From Clostridia bacterium (GTDB lineage: Bacteria; Bacillota; Clostridia; Christensenellales; CAG-917), in assembly GCA_017553325.1 (NCBI GenBank), contig JAFZMH010000007.1, forward strand, positions 32,751 through 96,750: DNA of 64,000 nucleotides, read 5' to 3'. The position numbers were made by a program, and so were the translations under genes. Positions 28,152 through 35,729 of the stretch are shown here, in pieces; within the stretch, counting starts at the first letter, position 1; each line of letters opens with the position of its first letter. The notes under the pieces were generated by a model. The model saw nothing but the letters and a program-made list of their open reading frames with translations. It ran no database searches and was not told the DNA's origin.

Positions 28152-28582
28152 TTTAGTTTCATCCTTTCCATAACGATCTTTGTCTGACGACGGGAAACGT
28201 AGTCCCTATCGCCGTTTTTGAGTTCAACGATGAGTGAGCCGTCCCATGATGCAACAAACTTTTTGATATACGCCACAGCAACGAGCGATGACTGATTTAT
28301 TTTGCAAAAGGCGTCGCCGACAAGCTCTTCAAGCTGATAAATACGATATTTTATCGTATATTTGGCGTTTTCAAGAGATGCGAACACTTTTCCGCCCTCC
28401 ACGAAAAACCTCTGAACCTCGCTGACGTCAATCGGAATCGTCTCGTCATCCTTTATACCTACGAGCGACAACTCCGAATTGTTTACAAGCGTTTCGATTT
28501 GCTCAACAAGCGGAGTACGTGCGTGAGCATACACGTCAACCCGCTCAATTTCGTTTGTATTGATATTTACGTTGCACTTCAT
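28148..28582 (-). CDS. Stand-alone LytTR-family DNA-binding protein (no receiver domain)
   Basis: 144 aa. LytTR-type C-terminal half (FFVEGGKVFASLENAKYTIKYRIYQLEELVGDAFCKINQSSLVAVAYI...YVSRRQ). RBS AGGAGG. Confidence 0.75.
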   Translation of the reverse strand: MKCNVNINTNEIERVDVYAHARTPLVEQIETLVNNSELSLVGIKDDETIPIDVSEVQRFFVEGGKVFASLENAKYTIKYRIYQLEELVGDAFCKINQSSLVAVAYIKKFVASWDGSLIVELKNGDRDYVSRRQTKIVMERMKLK

Positions 28583-28600
28583 CTTTTGCCTCCTGTGAGC

Positions 28601-28628
28601 AATATAGCACTTTCAACAAAAATTGCAA
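28601..28628 (-). promoter_or_regulatory. Promoter of the LytTR operon (TTGCAA-16-TATATT, TGn-extended)
   Basis: On the minus strand, TTGCAA is at 28628-28623 and TGCTATATT ends at 28601. Confidence 0.55.
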
Positions 28629-28637
28629 TAAGTTTTT

Positions 28638-28668
28638 CGTATTCGGTTGATTTTTAACGCTATTCGGT
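28638..28668 (-). promoter_or_regulatory. Putative LytTR operator: direct repeats TATTCGGT spaced 21 bp
   Basis: cgTATTCGGT at 28638-47 and cgcTATTCGGT at 28658-68 (ACCGAATA on the gene strand). The proximal repeat ends ~10 nt upstream of the -35. The geometry equals the classic 9-bp repeat / 12-13-bp spacer of LytTR sites. Confidence 0.5.
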
Positions 28669-28731
28669 ATTTTGTTTATTGATAATAATTATCTTGACAA
28701 ATTTTGACGATGTGATAAACTCTATTTGTTC

Positions 28732-28805
28732 GCGAGCGTAGTTTAGTGGCAAAATAAAAGCTTCCCAAGCTTTGGTTGTGGGTTCGATTCCCATCGCTCG
28801 CTCCA
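28732..28805 (+). tRNA. tRNA-Gly (anticodon CCC)
   Basis: Cloverleaf by hand: acceptor GCGAGCG/CGCTCGC, D arm GTTT-AGTGGCA-AAAT, anticodon stem AAAGC/GCTTT with loop TTCCCAA, T arm GTGGG-TTCGATT-CCCAT, encoded CCA. Confidence 0.9.
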
Positions 28806-28809
28806 AAAT

Positions 28810-28833
28810 GCGCACATCTTTGTGCGCTTTTTT
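28810..28833 (+). terminator. tRNA-Gly terminator
   Basis: gcgcaca-tctt-tgtgcgc followed by T6. Confidence 0.85.
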
Positions 28834-29038
28834 AGTTGGCACAAATAGTATTGTTAAATAGTTGAATTTCAGTTAAAACTTACCAAATATCACACGTATC
28901 GTGCTATATGACGCGATTTTTGTGCAAAAAAGAGAATATAATATACTTATCGTGTTTTAATAAATTGATACACGATTTGTGTTTTCAAAACATAACGCAC
29001 TGAAAAGCGGTCAAAAAACAATTTGCAAAAATAACTGT

Positions 29039-29066
29039 TTGCAAAAACCGTATATTGTGCTATAAT
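29039..29066 (+). promoter_or_regulatory. Promoter of the ABC-2 exporter operon (TTGCAA-16-TATAAT, TGn-extended)
   Basis: TTGCAA at 29039-44, TGCTATAAT at 29058-66. The direct repeat TTTGCAAAAA (29022-31 and 29038-47) overlaps the -35. The leader holds the perfect palindrome ttgcaacc/ggttgcaa (29082-29099). Confidence 0.6.
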
Positions 29067-29114
29067 ATGCGAGAAAGATTTTTGCAACCAAGGTTGCAAC
29101 TCACAGGAGAAACA

Positions 29115-30041
29115 ATGAATATAATCGAAACTTCGCACCTTTCCAAGAGATACGGAAGCAAAGTGGTGCTCGACGACGTAAACTTTTGCCTGAAAGAAGG
29201 CGAAATATACGGACTTGTCGGAAGAAACGGCGCAGGCAAAACTACGCTAATTCGCGAGATTTTGGGACTTGCGGCTCCAACCTCCGGCACAATTTCCATC
29301 AACGGAGCGATGAGTCAGGACGCTCTTGCCTATGAGAGAAAGAAAATCGGCTCTCTCATAGATTTTCCCGCTCTAATCAGCCACATGAGCGCATACGAAA
29401 ATATGAAAGCCGCGGCATTGCAGTTTGGATGCTACGACGATCAGGAGATTCGCGAGATTTTGCACAAGGTAGGACTCAACGCAGACGACCCGCTCAAAGT
29501 CAAAAACTTTTCGCTCGGTATGAAACAGCGTCTTGCAATCGGCATAACGCTTCTCGGCAACCCGAGCGTTCTTATATTGGACGAACCCGTCAACGGACTT
29601 GACCCGACAGGCATTTTTGAGGTGCGAGAACTCGTGCAACGCTTGAACCGCGAGGACAGAGTGACGATTCTTATCTCCTCTCACCTGCTCGGCGAACTTT
29701 CGCGCGTGGCAACCTGCTACGGAGTTATGGAAGGCGGAAAACTCGTCAAAGAAATGAGAGGTTCCGACCTTGAAGAACTCTGTCGTCCGTACATCAAGGT
29801 CGTCATCGAGGACATGAAAGTCGGGCTCCGCGTGGTCGTTGACAACTATCACGCTCACGACTTTGAGATTATGCCCTACAACACGCTCGCAATCTACGAC
29901 TTGTCACGCCCGATTCCCGACGTCGTCAAGATGTTTGCGGACGCAAACGTCAAAATCAACAGCATAACCGAGTGCCAAGGCGACTTGGAGTCTACGTTTA
30001 TATCACTTATGGGAGGTTTGCACGGAAATGAAAACAAATGA
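29115..30041 (+). CDS. ABC transporter ATP-binding protein (ABC-2 / exporter type)
   Basis: Start trimmed to ATG 29115 (RBS AGGAGA). Walker A GRNGAGKTT, signature FSLGMKQRLAIGITL, Walker B LILDEPVNGLD. Confidence 0.88.
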   Translation: MNIIETSHLSKRYGSKVVLDDVNFCLKEGEIYGLVGRNGAGKTTLIREILGLAAPTSGTISINGAMSQDALAYERKKIGSLIDFPALISHMSAYENMKAAALQFGCYDDQEIREILHKVGLNADDPLKVKNFSLGMKQRLAIGITLLGNPSVLILDEPVNGLDPTGIFEVRELVQRLNREDRVTILISSHLLGELSRVATCYGVMEGGKLVKEMRGSDLEELCRPYIKVVIEDMKVGLRVVVDNYHAHDFEIMPYNTLAIYDLSRPIPDVVKMFADANVKINSITECQGDLESTFISLMGGLHGNENK

Positions 30042-30840
30042 TTTAAATTCTTCAAACTCTTTCGCAAACACCCTAAAAGCCGACTTCTACAAACTCGGTA
30101 AAATGAAGAGCGTCTATATTGCCGCGGCGATTATGTTTGGACTTATACTCATAACGTTCGTCTCGGTCGTGGCTTTGGCGCATCTATCGGATGCGGACTC
30201 TCAATCCGACATTCTTTCGCTTTTTGGAAGCAGCATACTGTTCGGATTTGTCAAGAGCGCGAATATCGAACTTCTTGTGACGATTATCATCGGCATTTTC
30301 GTAGGCAAAGAGTTCTCAAACGGTACGGTCAGACTTTCAGTCGCAAGAGGCGCAGACCGGTTGCAGATTTATTTTTCCAAACTCATCTCGATCATCGTCT
30401 TGATTTTCGGTTATATGGTCGGCTCGTTGCTCGTCTGCGGAATTTTGACCGCAATAATCGGCTATAGTGAACCGTTTACGTCACTTATATTTGCAAGACT
30501 TATGCGCACGTTCGGTCTATCGTTTGTTGCTCTTATCGCGTCCGCAAGTATCTATATGATGATTGCATTCCTCACGCGCTCATCCGGTGCGGCGCTCGGA
30601 GCGTCAATCGGAATTTATATTCTCATCGAAATCGTCGTGAGCATCATAGTTCTCATCTTGGAGAGCAAAGGTTTAAACGACACTGTGATATATTTCCCGC
30701 TTCAACAACTCTCGCTCTGCGTTTCCGACCAAGAAATGGAGGTCGCAACAGCGATGAAACTGTTGTTTATGCCAATCGGCTATATGGCAGTTTCAACCCT
30801 TGTCGGCTTACTCACGTTCTTGAAACGCGATATAAAATGA
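30028..30840 (+). CDS. ABC-2 family transporter permease
   Basis: 270 aa with 6 TM segments. 14-nt overlap with the ATPase gene. Confidence 0.75.
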   Translation: MKTNDLNSSNSFANTLKADFYKLGKMKSVYIAAAIMFGLILITFVSVVALAHLSDADSQSDILSLFGSSILFGFVKSANIELLVTIIIGIFVGKEFSNGTVRLSVARGADRLQIYFSKLISIIVLIFGYMVGSLLVCGILTAIIGYSEPFTSLIFARLMRTFGLSFVALIASASIYMMIAFLTRSSGAALGASIGIYILIEIVVSIIVLILESKGLNDTVIYFPLQQLSLCVSDQEMEVATAMKLLFMPIGYMAVSTLVGLLTFLKRDIK

Positions 30841-30871
30841 TTTTGCTAAAGCAAAATCAAGTTAATTTTCA

Positions 30872-30897
30872 AAAGGTTCGGGACACCGAACCTTTTT
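30872..30897 (+). terminator. Rho-independent terminator of the ABC operon
   Basis: aggttcgg-gaca-ccgaacct followed by T5. Confidence 0.8.
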
Positions 30898-30941
30898 CAG
30901 CTAATTCTCGAAGACCGAATCTCCTCAGTTGAGGAGAAAAT

Positions 30942-30970
30942 AAAAGCACCGCTTTGCGGTGCTGTTTTTT
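30942..30970. terminator. Bidirectional terminator
   Basis: agcaccgc-ttt-gcggtgct, T6 on the + strand and T-rich on the - strand. Downstream of the minus-strand kinase gene. Confidence 0.8.
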
Positions 30971-30979
30971 GAAATCAAA

Positions 30980-31807
30980 TCAATATTCTTTGACGTTTGG
31001 AATGACTTTCTCTATGAGCAAACCGTAGCGCAAATCGGCTTTTTCTTTTAAAGAAACTTCAATGCAATCCTCCGTAAAAGCAACAGCGGATTTCATTGCG
31101 TTTTCCGCTGACGCGCGTTGCATAAGTTTGCCGATGAACGCGGAAGAAAAGACGTCGCCTGCGCCGTGGATGTTTTGGTCGAAATGTCTGTCGTAGGCAA
31201 ACGAAATACGGCCTGCCTTGCTGAGAAGCCCCGCGCCCTGCTGACTGCGATTGATAACTCCCGAAAGAAGCACGGATTTGTAGCCTTTCGATTTCAAAAT
31301 ATTGAGTATCATACGCGCGTTTTGCTCGTTTGGCTCGAGGTCAAGGTTGAGTTCGGCAAGCATTTTACCTTCGGTAAAGTTGGGCATAACAATATCCGCA
31401 TACTTTTTGCAGAGGTCGATGATGCGCTCTTTGTAGGCTTCGTCGAAAATCGCGTAGAGTTTGCCACTCTCCGCCATTGCGGGGTCGAACGCGATGAGCG
31501 TGCCTTCCTTCTTTTCCTGCTTTAGAATTTGCTCGGTGGCGTCTATGATTGCCTGTGACCCCAAGAAACCGACGTAGACGCAATCAAACTTAATACCGAG
31601 TTTTTTCCAATGTTTGTATGCGGGCAACATATTGTCGCAAAGGTCGATAAAAGTATAGCCTTTTATGCCGGCGGTTTGCGTTGACAAAAGCGCAGTTGGA
31701 AGTCCAACCGGATATGAGCCAAACGCTGACAAAATCGGGATGCCCGCCGTGAGCGAGCAATTGCCGATTGATGAATAATCTTCAATAACCAAAACACGTT
31801 TTTCCAT
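30980..31807 (-). CDS. Pyridoxal/pyridoxamine kinase family protein (ribokinase-like fold)
   Basis: Start trimmed to ATG 31807 (MEKRVLVIEDYSSIGNCSL). C-terminal GAGDVFSSAF anion-hole motif. Confidence 0.75.
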   Translation of the reverse strand: MEKRVLVIEDYSSIGNCSLTAGIPILSAFGSYPVGLPTALLSTQTAGIKGYTFIDLCDNMLPAYKHWKKLGIKFDCVYVGFLGSQAIIDATEQILKQEKKEGTLIAFDPAMAESGKLYAIFDEAYKERIIDLCKKYADIVMPNFTEGKMLAELNLDLEPNEQNARMILNILKSKGYKSVLLSGVINRSQQGAGLLSKAGRISFAYDRHFDQNIHGAGDVFSSAFIGKLMQRASAENAMKSAVAFTEDCIEVSLKEKADLRYGLLIEKVIPNVKEY

Positions 31808-31907
31808 ACCCAAATTATAACGCCAAATACCCAATATAGCAACAAACAAATTGACAATTTTGTATCAAGTTTTCTTTGAATAATGCGATACAAGTCAAAA
31901 ATATTCC

Positions 31908-31936
31908 TTGCCAAAACAAAATTTTAATGCTATACT
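31908..31936 (+). promoter_or_regulatory. SRP RNA promoter (TTGCCA-17-TATACT, TGn-extended)
   Basis: TTGCCA at 31908-13, TGCTATACT at 31928-36. Confidence 0.7.
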
Positions 31937-31942
31937 AACTCC

Positions 31943-32208
31943 GCTGTGCTAGACGGGGAGCTTGCGGTGCCCTGTAAACTACAATCCGCAATAGTAGTGT
32001 CGAACGCCAATCGAGGCTTTTGTTATGGTTGGTTGCGCATAGCAAGGAGTGATGATAGCAAGGTCCCGTGCAATGTCATACTGCGAACCGTGTCAGAGCT
32101 TGACCGCAGCAGCACTAAACAGGCGTTGGCGTGTGCCACGGGGAAACTTTGAAGGAGCCGCCTACTATGTTTCCACTTCGGTTTCAAACGTCGGAGTTGG
32201 TGCACAGT
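31943..32208 (+). ncRNA. ffs: Signal recognition particle RNA, large Bacillus-type (scRNA with Alu domain)
   Basis: The 5' GTGCTAGACGGGGAGCTTGCGGTGCCCTGTAAACTACAATCCGC matches the B. subtilis scRNA Alu-domain start (GUGCUAGACGGGGAGGUAGCGGUGCCCUGUACCUGCAAUCCGC). The S-domain block is GAACCGTGTCAGAGCTTGACCGCAGCAGCAC, then GTGCCACGGGG. The 3' GGTGCACAG pairs with the 5' CTGTGC. Confidence 0.85.
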
Positions 32209-32212
32209 ATTG

Positions 32213-32250
32213 CAAAGCGTATCGGCAAAATGCTGATACGCTTTGTAATT
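32213..32250 (+). terminator. SRP RNA terminator hairpin
   Basis: aaagcgtatc (32214-23) / gatacgcttt (32235-44), then gtaatt. The U-tail is weak. Confidence 0.55.
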
Positions 32251-32267
32251 ATTCTACGTCAAATATG

Positions 32268-32288
32268 GCTGAAAGCGAAGTGGGAACA
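32268..32288 (-). repeat. Inverted fragment of the SRP RNA 3' region
   Basis: The reverse complement tgttcccacttcgctttcagc resembles tgtttccacttcggtttcaaac (32168-32189), about 17 of 21 positions. Confidence 0.5.
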
Positions 32289-32382
32289 AAACCACGCTGC
32301 TGCGGACGCGAACCATTGTTCGCCCCGTTTTTTATATTAAACGAGCGATATCCTATGCGGAATATTTTGAAATAGTGGCGTA

Positions 32383-32424
32383 GTTTCCCACTTCGGTTTC
32401 AAATGTCAGAGTTGGTGCACAGTA
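32383..32424 (+). repeat. Direct partial copy (42 nt) of the SRP RNA 3' end
   Basis: gtttcccacttcggtttcaaatgtcagagttggtgcacagta versus the gene copy gtttccacttcggtttcaaacgtcggagttggtgcacagta. There are 3 differences including 1 indel. Confidence 0.85.
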
Positions 32425-32427
32425 AAA

Positions 32428-32465
32428 CAAATCACACTGGGTTTACTCGGTGTGATTTGCTTTTT
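32428..32465 (+). terminator. Hairpin plus T-run after SRP 3' copy 2
   Basis: caaatcacac / gtgtgatttg (10 bp), loop tgggtttactcg, then cttttt. Confidence 0.65.
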
Positions 32466-32544
32466 ATCGAGCAAAAAGCCTGTTGTGCTGCAAGGGTGCG
32501 GATTTTATCCGCTCCGCCAAATATTAAACAAAGTTTCGCAGTGA

Positions 32545-32628
32545 CCACGGGGAAACTTTGAAGGAGCCACCTACTATGTTCCCGCTTCGGTTTCAAACGT
32601 CAGAGTTGGTGCACAGTATTGCAAAGCG
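32545..32628 (+). repeat. Direct partial copy (84 nt) of the SRP RNA 3' end
   Basis: 4 mismatches to 32136-32219. Includes the last 73 nt of the RNA plus the first nucleotides of the terminator (attgcaaagcg). Confidence 0.9.
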
Positions 32629-32660
32629 CATTGGGTTTTTCTCGATGCGTTTTGTAATTT
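32623..32660 (+). terminator. Hairpin after SRP 3' copy 3
   Basis: aaagcgcat / atgcgtttt (one G-T pair). The loop tgggtttttctcg is nearly identical to the loop of the 32428-32465 hairpin. Confidence 0.55.
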
Positions 32661-32688
32661 AAAAGCACCGCATAAGCGGTGCTTTTTT
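32661..32688. terminator. Bidirectional terminator
   Basis: aaaagcaccgc-ataa-gcggtgctttttt. Downstream of the minus-strand EF-G paralogue and closes the ffs region. Confidence 0.85.
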
Positions 32689-32708
32689 GTTGTATTTGTT
32701 GGTAGTTA

Positions 32709-34772
32709 TTATTTCTTCGCAGCTTCTTCTTCGCGCTTCTTGGCGTCTTCGATTATCTTCGCGTTTGCGGAGCCCGGGACTTCCTCGTAGCGGATGAGGT
32801 GCATTTCAAATTTGCCTCTGCCTTGCGTCATTGAGCGGAGATCCGTTGCATAGCGGAACATTTCTGCTTGCGGGACTTCTGCTGTGATGACTTGCTTGCC
32901 ACCGAGAGAGTCTGTGCCGAGGATTCTGCCTCTGCGCTTGTTCATATCGCCGAGGATGTCGCCGAGATAGTCATCAGGGACTGTGATCTTGGCTTCCATG
33001 ATCGGTTCAAGGAAGCAAGGACCTGCTGCTGCAACACCGTCTGCATATGAGAGTTTTGCTGCTGTGACGAATGCGATTTCTTTTGAGTCAACCGGGTGAT
33101 ATTTGCCATCATAAAGCGTAGCTTTAAGGTTGACCATCGGATAGCCTGCGAGCACGCCGTGTTTGATTGCTTCTCTCAAGCCCTTTTCAACTGCCGGAAT
33201 AAATTGACGTGGAACTGCACCGCCGACGACTTCGTCGACAAATTCAAACACGCCGTCTTCCGCGCCCGGCTCGTATTTGATGAACACGTCGCCGTATTGA
33301 CCTGCGCCACCTGATTGCTTTTTGTGCTTGCCTTCTGCGGATGCAGTCTTTCTGATCGTCTCGCGGTATGCAACTCTCGGTTCTTGCCAAGTGATGTCGA
33401 TGCCGAGTTTTGCCTTTACGCGCTTGCACATAATGTCGAGTTGTGCTTCGCCGAGACCGCTGATGAGAACGTCGCCTGTTTCGATGTTCTTTTCAACCTT
33501 GAAGGTCGCGTCTTCTTCCTGCATCTTGATAAGACCTTGGATGGCTTTTTCTTCGTCTTTCAAAGCCTTGACCGCATAGGAGATGACCGGCGCCGGGAAC
33601 TCAATCGTGTCGTAGACAACTTTGTTGTCTGCCGCCGCGAGCGTATCGTTGGTGTTCGTATAGGTAAGTTTTGCAAGAGCGCCGATGTCGCCTGCTTCCA
33701 AAGAGTCGACCGCCTCTTGTTTCTTGCCCTTCAAAACGTAGATTGTGCCAACCTTTTCAGGTTTTTCAACCGTGTTGTTGTTGACGGAATCACCGGAAGT
33801 AAGTTTGCCTGTGACAACCTTGAAGATGAGGAGTTTTCCAACGTACGGGTCAACGACTGATTTGATGACCTGTGCGCTGAACGGTTTGGTTGCGTCAACC
33901 GCGACTTCGACGTGTGCGCCGTTCAAGGTTGCGCCAATCTTGTGCGCGCGCTCGGGATGAGGCATAAGGTCGACGAGTTTGTCAAGAAGTCTCTTGACGC
34001 CCTTGGACGTTTGTGCGTTGCCTGCAACGAGCGGGATGAAGATTTCGTCTGCGATTGCGGCGTGCAAACCTTTTTGAATTTCTTCTTCGGTGAACGCTTC
34101 GCCGTCAAAGAACTTCATCATGAGGTCTTCGTCCGTTTCGGCGACCATTTCCATGATCTTGCCGTTGTATTCTTCAAGTTTGCCTTGGAGATTTGCGGGA
34201 GTTGCAACCTCTTTGCCTTGAAGATCAAAAGCCTTGTTTGCAAGAACGTCAACGACGCCCGTCATCTTTCCGCCTTCCATAATCGGAAGTTCGATAGGAA
34301 CGACGCTCTTGAATTTTGCCATAATAGCATCAACCGTGCCGAAGAAATCGGAGTTTTCTTTGTCAACTGCGTTGACGAAGATGAGCGCCGCAGTCTTCTT
34401 TTCTTTGCACATATCAAGAGCTTTCTCGGTGCCGACTGTGAGTGAACCGCTTGCGGCCGTCACGACGACTGCGCTGTCTGCCGCGTGAAGCGCGGCAACC
34501 ATTTCGCCTTCGAAATCGAAGAAACCGGGAACGTCCAAGATGTTTATCTTGCAATCACGGTACAAGGCATAGCCGAGCGACATCGAAATCGATATTTTGC
34601 GCTTGATTTCTTCGTCGTCATAGTCCATCGTGGATGTGCCGTCGTCAACTTTGCCGAAACGGTCAATGCATTTCGTTTCGAACATCATTGCTTCGGCAAG
34701 CGTCGTTTTGCCTTCGCCGGAGTGACCGATGAGAGCAACGTTGCGAATAAAGTCTGTTTTGAAATTTTTCAT
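32709..34772 (-). CDS. Elongation factor G paralogue (EF-G2-like translational GTPase)
   Basis: 687 aa. G1 GHSGEGKTTL rather than the canonical AHIDAGKTT, DVPGFFDF, NAVDK, EF-G domains II-V. Not in an rpsL-rpsG-fusA-tuf context. Confidence 0.85.
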   Translation of the reverse strand: MKNFKTDFIRNVALIGHSGEGKTTLAEAMMFETKCIDRFGKVDDGTSTMDYDDEEIKRKISISMSLGYALYRDCKINILDVPGFFDFEGEMVAALHAADSAVVVTAASGSLTVGTEKALDMCKEKKTAALIFVNAVDKENSDFFGTVDAIMAKFKSVVPIELPIMEGGKMTGVVDVLANKAFDLQGKEVATPANLQGKLEEYNGKIMEMVAETDEDLMMKFFDGEAFTEEEIQKGLHAAIADEIFIPLVAGNAQTSKGVKRLLDKLVDLMPHPERAHKIGATLNGAHVEVAVDATKPFSAQVIKSVVDPYVGKLLIFKVVTGKLTSGDSVNNNTVEKPEKVGTIYVLKGKKQEAVDSLEAGDIGALAKLTYTNTNDTLAAADNKVVYDTIEFPAPVISYAVKALKDEEKAIQGLIKMQEEDATFKVEKNIETGDVLISGLGEAQLDIMCKRVKAKLGIDITWQEPRVAYRETIRKTASAEGKHKKQSGGAGQYGDVFIKYEPGAEDGVFEFVDEVVGGAVPRQFIPAVEKGLREAIKHGVLAGYPMVNLKATLYDGKYHPVDSKEIAFVTAAKLSYADGVAAAGPCFLEPIMEAKITVPDDYLGDILGDMNKRRGRILGTDSLGGKQVITAEVPQAEMFRYATDLRSMTQGRGKFEMHLIRYEEVPGSANAKIIEDAKKREEEAAKK

Positions 34773-35015
34773 AACTACCTCTTGGGTTTATTTACTAACT
34801 TTTAATATTGTACAGTAATTTAATATAAATTTCAATCAAAATACAGCAAAAATTGGGTTTATTTTTGCACCCGACGCAAAAACCCGCTATCTAAACGCAA
34901 AAAATGTCGTTAGAATATCTAAATATTTTTATCAGCATACAACCTTCTCATTTCCGTTTTCAAGCGTTTTCGGGTGCGTTTTCAACTTGGAGTGGCAAAT
35001 TGCATATCTTGTTTT

Positions 35016-35729
35016 ATGACAAAAATAGGCGTATACGACAGCGGAGTCGGCGGACTCACCACCCTAAGAATTCTCGAACGCAAATTCCCTTTTTGCGATT
35101 TTTACTACCTTGCGGACAACAAAAATATGCCTTTCGGCTCAAAGGACGAAGCAGAACTCAAAGAAATAGTTTCAAAAGCGGTAAAAAAGCTAAAAGCGCA
35201 CAGCGAAATCCAAGTCCTCGCCTGCAATACCGCTTCAAACTTCTGCGAGCAAAAAGACGTGATAAAACTCTCTCCACCCACGACGGACGACGGAAAAACT
35301 CTCATTATGGCGACGCCTCAAACGCAAAGACGGTTGAAAGAGTCTGGAGCGTATGGAGAATCGCGATATTCTTTTGCCAATACTTGCGAACTTGCTTCGC
35401 TCGTCGAGGTGTACGTCTCTGTTGGCGCAAGAAAGAATTGTCTCAACATGAAAGAACTCACCCCCTATCTTGCAAGTAAACTCTTTGAGTTTAAAGGCGT
35501 GCAAAAGATAGTGCTCGGCTGTTCGCACTATCTCTACCTAAAAAACGAAATTTCGCGTATCCTCGGCGCGGTTGAATACCTGGACGGAAACGGCTCTGTC
35601 GTCTCCGCTCTTGAAAAATGCGTTGAAAAGAGCGAAAACTCCGGCAAGGTCGAATTTGACTTTACGGCGGACGACGAGAGCGCAAAGTATCAAAAAATCT
35701 ACGCTCTCTTGAAAACTACGCGCGAGTGA
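35016..35729 (+). CDS. murI: Glutamate racemase
   Basis: Start trimmed to ATG 35016. IGVYDSGVGGLTTL, catalytic LACNTAS and GCSHY motifs. Confidence 0.88.
   Translation: MTKIGVYDSGVGGLTTLRILERKFPFCDFYYLADNKNMPFGSKDEAELKEIVSKAVKKLKAHSEIQVLACNTASNFCEQKDVIKLSPPTTDDGKTLIMATPQTQRRLKESGAYGESRYSFANTCELASLVEVYVSVGARKNCLNMKELTPYLASKLFEFKGVQKIVLGCSHYLYLKNEISRILGAVEYLDGNGSVVSALEKCVEKSENSGKVEFDFTADDESAKYQKIYALLKTTRE

Noticed and set aside
32023-32375. Track ORFs 32049..32375(+), 32131..32340(+) and 32023..32205(-).
   Set aside because: They lie across the SRP RNA gene and its repeated 3' fragments. They are non-coding.
34904-35479. 191-aa ORF overlapping murI in another frame.
   Set aside because: It is Arg-rich and has no motifs, and the murI frame carries the racemase motifs.
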